From positions 1-38,753 of the forward strand of contig NW_025214063.1 of NCBI RefSeq assembly GCF_004010195.1: a DNA stretch of 38,753 nt. The letters are read 5' to 3'. A program made the position numbers and the translations under genes. Below are positions 35,105-38,753 of this stretch, in pieces. The notes below the pieces were generated by a model. That model had not been told where the DNA came from and searched no databases. It saw only the letters and a list, made by a program, of their open reading frames with translations. How positions within the stretch are numbered: the stretch's first letter is position 1; each line of letters starts with the position of its first letter. This stretch comes from Chiloscyllium plagiosum (Eukaryota).

Positions 35105-36835
35105 TAACAGATACTTAGGTTAAAGAAGAGAGCTTGTGAGATATGATTTCCCTAGTACAAAACCATGCTGACTATCTCAAACTAGTCCATGTGACTTCAA
35201 ATGCTTACAAATCCAATTTTTCCAGCATCATCTCCAACAACCAAAGTCAGATTCTCCAATCTGTAGTTCCCAGGTTTCTCTCTATATCCCTTCCTAAATG
35301 AAGGGATTAGACATTCGCCAGTCAACTGGTTATAGATGACACAAATATTTCTGCAAGGGGTGCCACAATTTCCTCTGAGTTTTCACCACATTCTGGGATA
35401 CACTATGGAGATTTATCCACTTTGATATTTCTTAAGACCTCCAGCACTACCTGTTCTGTAATTGAGCTCTTTTGAAAACATCAAAATTTGTAGCCTCCAT
35501 TTCTTTTTCCATGATAAAAACTGATACGAAATTTTCATTTCATACCTCTTCCCATCTCCTGAGGTTCAACACAGAGATGACCTCTTCGATCTTTAAAGGG
35601 CCCCACTCTCTCTAGTTGTTCTCTTTTAATGTATTTGTAGAATCTCTTTGGCTCATCCATAACCTTATCTGCTAAGTTATTTATATATCCTCCTCCTCTC
35701 TTCTCCCCCCCCCCCCCCCCCCCCCGCCAAAGAATGCCTCCCACATACTTGGTTTAGCTCTGTTGTCTGTATCTAATAAGATTCTTTTTTTTCCCTTGAC
35801 TTCAGCCTCAATATCTTTCTTTATCCATTGTTCCTTAATCCTACCAGATTTACCTTACACTCTAACAGGAACACAATGATTCCAAATTCTCATTATCACA
35901 CTTTTGAAAGTCTCTCGCTTAACCTGCAAACAATCTATTCCAATCAACGTTTGAAAGGTTTTGTCTCATACCATTAAAATTTGACTTACAATTGAAAACT
36001 TGAACTTTTATGGAAGCCTTATCCTTTTGCATAATTTTTAAAACTAATAGAATTATGATCACAAGATAGAAAGTGTTCCTCAACTAACACTTCAGTCATT
36101 CGTGCTGTCCTGTAAGCCCAGAGAAGGTCATGTTTTGCTCTTTCTCTAGTAGGAAAGTTGACATATTGATAAGAATTTTTTTTGAACACATTTTGCCAAT
36201 TATTCACCATCCAAACCTTAAACACAATGGTAGTCCCAGTCAATCCTTGGAAAATTAAAATCATCAACTCTTACAACCATATTATTCTTGCATATATCTG
36301 AGATCTTTGTACATATTTGTTCCTCAATTTCCCTCTGACTGTTGTGGGGGCCTCTAATACAAACCCATCAAGGTGTTCATTCCTTTTTTATTTTAACTTA
36401 AACAGATATTTTCACTAAACAATTTTTTTAGAAACATCTCTAGTTGCAGTAGTAACGTTTTCCTTAATCAAAAGCAGTACTGCTCTTGTCTCTTATATCC
36501 TTTCTAGCCTTCCTATAACATCTTGAAACCTAGAATGTTGAGTTGTCAGTTCTGTCCAAGCCTCAGCCTGATACCTAATAGCTATGACATCCAAATGCCA
36601 TATTTCCAAACATGCCCTGAGTTAATCAGCCTTACCCGTAAGGCTCCTTGTATTGAAATAATGCAGTTTAATTCTTTGCTTCCTTCTCTGACTTGTTCTT
36701 GTCTATCTTTTTTTAATTAACCAGTTATTTTCTAAGAACCATCCTCCAGTATCTAGGATTCTGGTCCCATTCCAGTTCAAGTGAAACCCATCCTTTTTGA
36801 AAAGGTCTTCTCTGCCCCAGAGGAGATCCAGTGGG
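35105..36835 (-). mobile_element. Decayed, internally deleted CR1 LINE (endonuclease to RT region)
   Basis: Minus-strand peptides LADKVMDEPKRFYKYIK..VGPFKDRRGHLCVEPQEMG, QYVNFPTRE..DLL..EHFLSCDHNSISF and WGREDLFKKDGFHLNWNGT (CR1 ORF1 esterase-like). Confidence 0.82.
35705..35725 (+). repeat. Poly-C tract (21 nt)
   Basis: Directly visible homopolymer within the CR1 remnant. Confidence 0.95.
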
Positions 36836-36899
36836 ACAAGAACCTGATGGTGTAGTAAGTTAAGGATTAGGCTCGTTATAGAAGGTTGAGAGGGGAAGT

Positions 36900-38050
36900 G
36901 AAACAGTTGAATGGAAAGCCAAGCAAGGGAATGAGGGAAGACTGGCAGATGACCTAAAAAGGAATGCTTAAGGTTTACTATAGGCATATAAATATTAAAA
37001 GACTGGTAAATGAAGTAGAACTGATTAATAACCTAAAAGGAGAACAATGTCAAGAACCAGCAAGCTTGACTGAGGTATTAAATGACTGGTTGTTTGTTTT
37101 TAACAGAGGATAATGCTGATCAAAACATTATCACTTGATATCCTTTTGTTTTAAGAAAAATGATAAATCGGTATTGGATTGACTGGCTACACTCAAAGAT
37201 AAGTCACCAGAACAAATGAGTTGCATACCATGGTCACCCAAAGAAGTGAAAGTGGAAATTGTGCAAGGATTGGAAACATTTCAGTGTTTTTTTTTACAGG
37301 GGTAATACCAGAGAAGTGAAGAACAGTAAATGCTGAAGGTTCTTTGAGTGTATAGGCTTAGAAAATTTAGGCCAGTCAATTTAATCTTGATGGTCGGGAA
37401 GCTTTTATGGAAAGTAATTGCGGCAAAATTAATAGTCACTTTGACAATTGCACATCACTGAGTTTTTATGCACGAGCTCCTGGATTGCATTAGGGTCGGT
37501 TTTCGAGAGCAGTACAGGTTGTTGTGCTATAGTGTGTTTTATTAACACCGATTCGCTATAAGGCGATTGACTAATTGGGGACACTCTAAGGTGTGAAGTT
37601 TCAAAGCATGTGTTGGTTATAATGTGATTCCGGCCCTATTAGTTGAAATGGTGCTGCTATTATGAGATTTTCTTACAATGTGGGATTGCACGAGAACTGA
37701 ACTACCACGTTATAGCAGAACTAGGTTGAAAACTGGTGAGCGAGATAGTTTAAATTTGGTATTGTATAATGAAAATGAAAGTTTTAGAAATCAGTGACCA
37801 TTATATGTTGAAGGTTTGCATTTAGGTGATTCAGTCTGAAGCTAGATTGTTGGGGACAATTTGGCTGAGGTGGGTTGGGAAAATGAATTAAAAAGTGTAA
37901 CCTTACATAGGTAATGTATTTGTTTTTGAAGCGCTGTGCAAAGATTGCAACAATGATATAAACCAAAGTCCCTGAGGAAGAGTTAACAGTGGCTAAGAAA
38001 GTTAGTTAAGTATTGCACAAGATTAAAACAAAAGGCCTGTGAAGTGGTCA
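36900..38050 (+). mobile_element. Heavily decayed CR1 LINE, interrupted by a MITE
   Basis: tttactataggcatataaat (FY..I), gataagtcaccaga (KSP), aggccagtcaatttaatcttgatggtcgggaagcttt (like RPV.L...VGKL). Confidence 0.55.
37515..37728. mobile_element. Putative Tc1/mariner-pogo (Tigger-like) MITE
   Basis: Starts ta|CAG; imperfect terminal inverted repeats gttgtgctatagtgtg / cacgttatagcagaac; internal repeats of a gctataa-like motif. Confidence 0.5.
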
Positions 38051-38120
38051 GAAATACTGTAAAACTGTGGATTGGGAGGGTTTTTTAGAAGGCAACAAGG
38101 GACAACTAAAGAATTGATAG

Positions 38121-38723
38121 TTAAGAAGGGTGGTAAGGACAAGCCAGGGAACTATCGACCAGTGTGCCTGACGTCGGTGGTGGGCAAGTTGTTGGAGGGA
38201 ATCCGGAGGGACAGGATGTACACTTATTTGGAAAGGCAAGGACTGATTAGGGATAGTCAACATGGCTTTGTGCATGAGGAATCATGTCTCACAAACTTGA
38301 TTGAGTTTTTTGAAGAAGTAACAAAGAGGATTGAGGGCAGAGCTGTAGATGTGATCTATATGAACTTTAGTAAGGCATTCGACAAGGTTCCCCGTGGGAA
38401 ACTGGTTAGCAAGGTTAGAGCTCATGGAATACAGGGAGGACTAGCCATTCGGATACCGAACTGGCTCAAAGGTAGAAGACAGGATGGTGTGGTGGAGGGC
38501 TGTTTTTCAGACTGGAGGCATGTGACCAGTGGAGCGCCACCAGGATCGGTGCTGGGTCCGCTACGTTTTGTCATTTATAGAAATGATTTGAATGTGAATA
38601 TAAGAGGTATAGTTAGATGCAGATGGCATCAAAGTTGGAGGTATAGTGAACAGCGGAGAAGGTTGCCTCAGATTACAATAGGATCTTGATCAGATGGGCC
38701 AGTGGGCTGAGGAGTGGCAGATG
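38121..38723 (+). mobile_element. Relatively young CR1 (HER1-like) LINE reverse-transcriptase fragment
   Basis: KKGGKDKPGNYRPVCLTSVVGKLLE..SQHGF..SCLTNLIEFFEEVT..VDVIYMNFSKAFDKVP..VTSGAPPGSVLGPL; frameshifted at the FADD-equivalent motif and truncated at both ends. Confidence 0.92.
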
Positions 38724-38753
38724 TTTTATACAAAAAAGTGACTCCCCAGTATG

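Noticed and set aside
38072..38689. 205-aa RT ORF as an active LINE
   Set aside because: Lacks the endonuclease, is frameshifted at the catalytic motif and is truncated at both ends.
21020..38753. Further ZRANB1 coding exons (AnkUBD/OTU domain)
   Set aside because: I could not find the expected next exon (G VVEGD.. type sequence) by eye; it is probably beyond the window, though a miss cannot be excluded.

Overview
Vertebrate genomic DNA, most likely from a shark (cartilaginous fish), judged from HE1/V-SINE-type SINEs with (TAATC)n tails, DeuSINE-like SINEs, abundant CR1/L2 debris and Penelope-like elements (PLEs). Two genes lie head-to-head. On the minus strand is an intron-containing HPDL (4-hydroxyphenylpyruvate dioxygenase-like) gene. 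I rebuilt five coding exons by hand with consistent phases (8576-7954, 7073-6907, 5329-5178, 1835-1699, 31-<1); the ORF track shows only the first. On the plus strand is ZRANB1/TRABID: a CpG/CRE-rich promoter at about 14.2-14.5 kb and the first coding exon (20203-21019, three NZF zinc fingers), followed by a long intron running off the window. The most unusual non-genic signal is a size series of four fold-back (inverted) PLE insertions of about 190, 200, 840 and 2150 bp. Each has a 30-40 nt one-sided tail, target-site-duplication-like flanks and hammerhead-ribozyme cores or remnants. A fifth, non-inverted PLE carries a hammerhead with an intact catalytic core (773-806). Repeat boundaries and family names come from eye recognition, not database searches. 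No prokaryotic-type system, CRISPR array, rRNA or true tRNA is supported.
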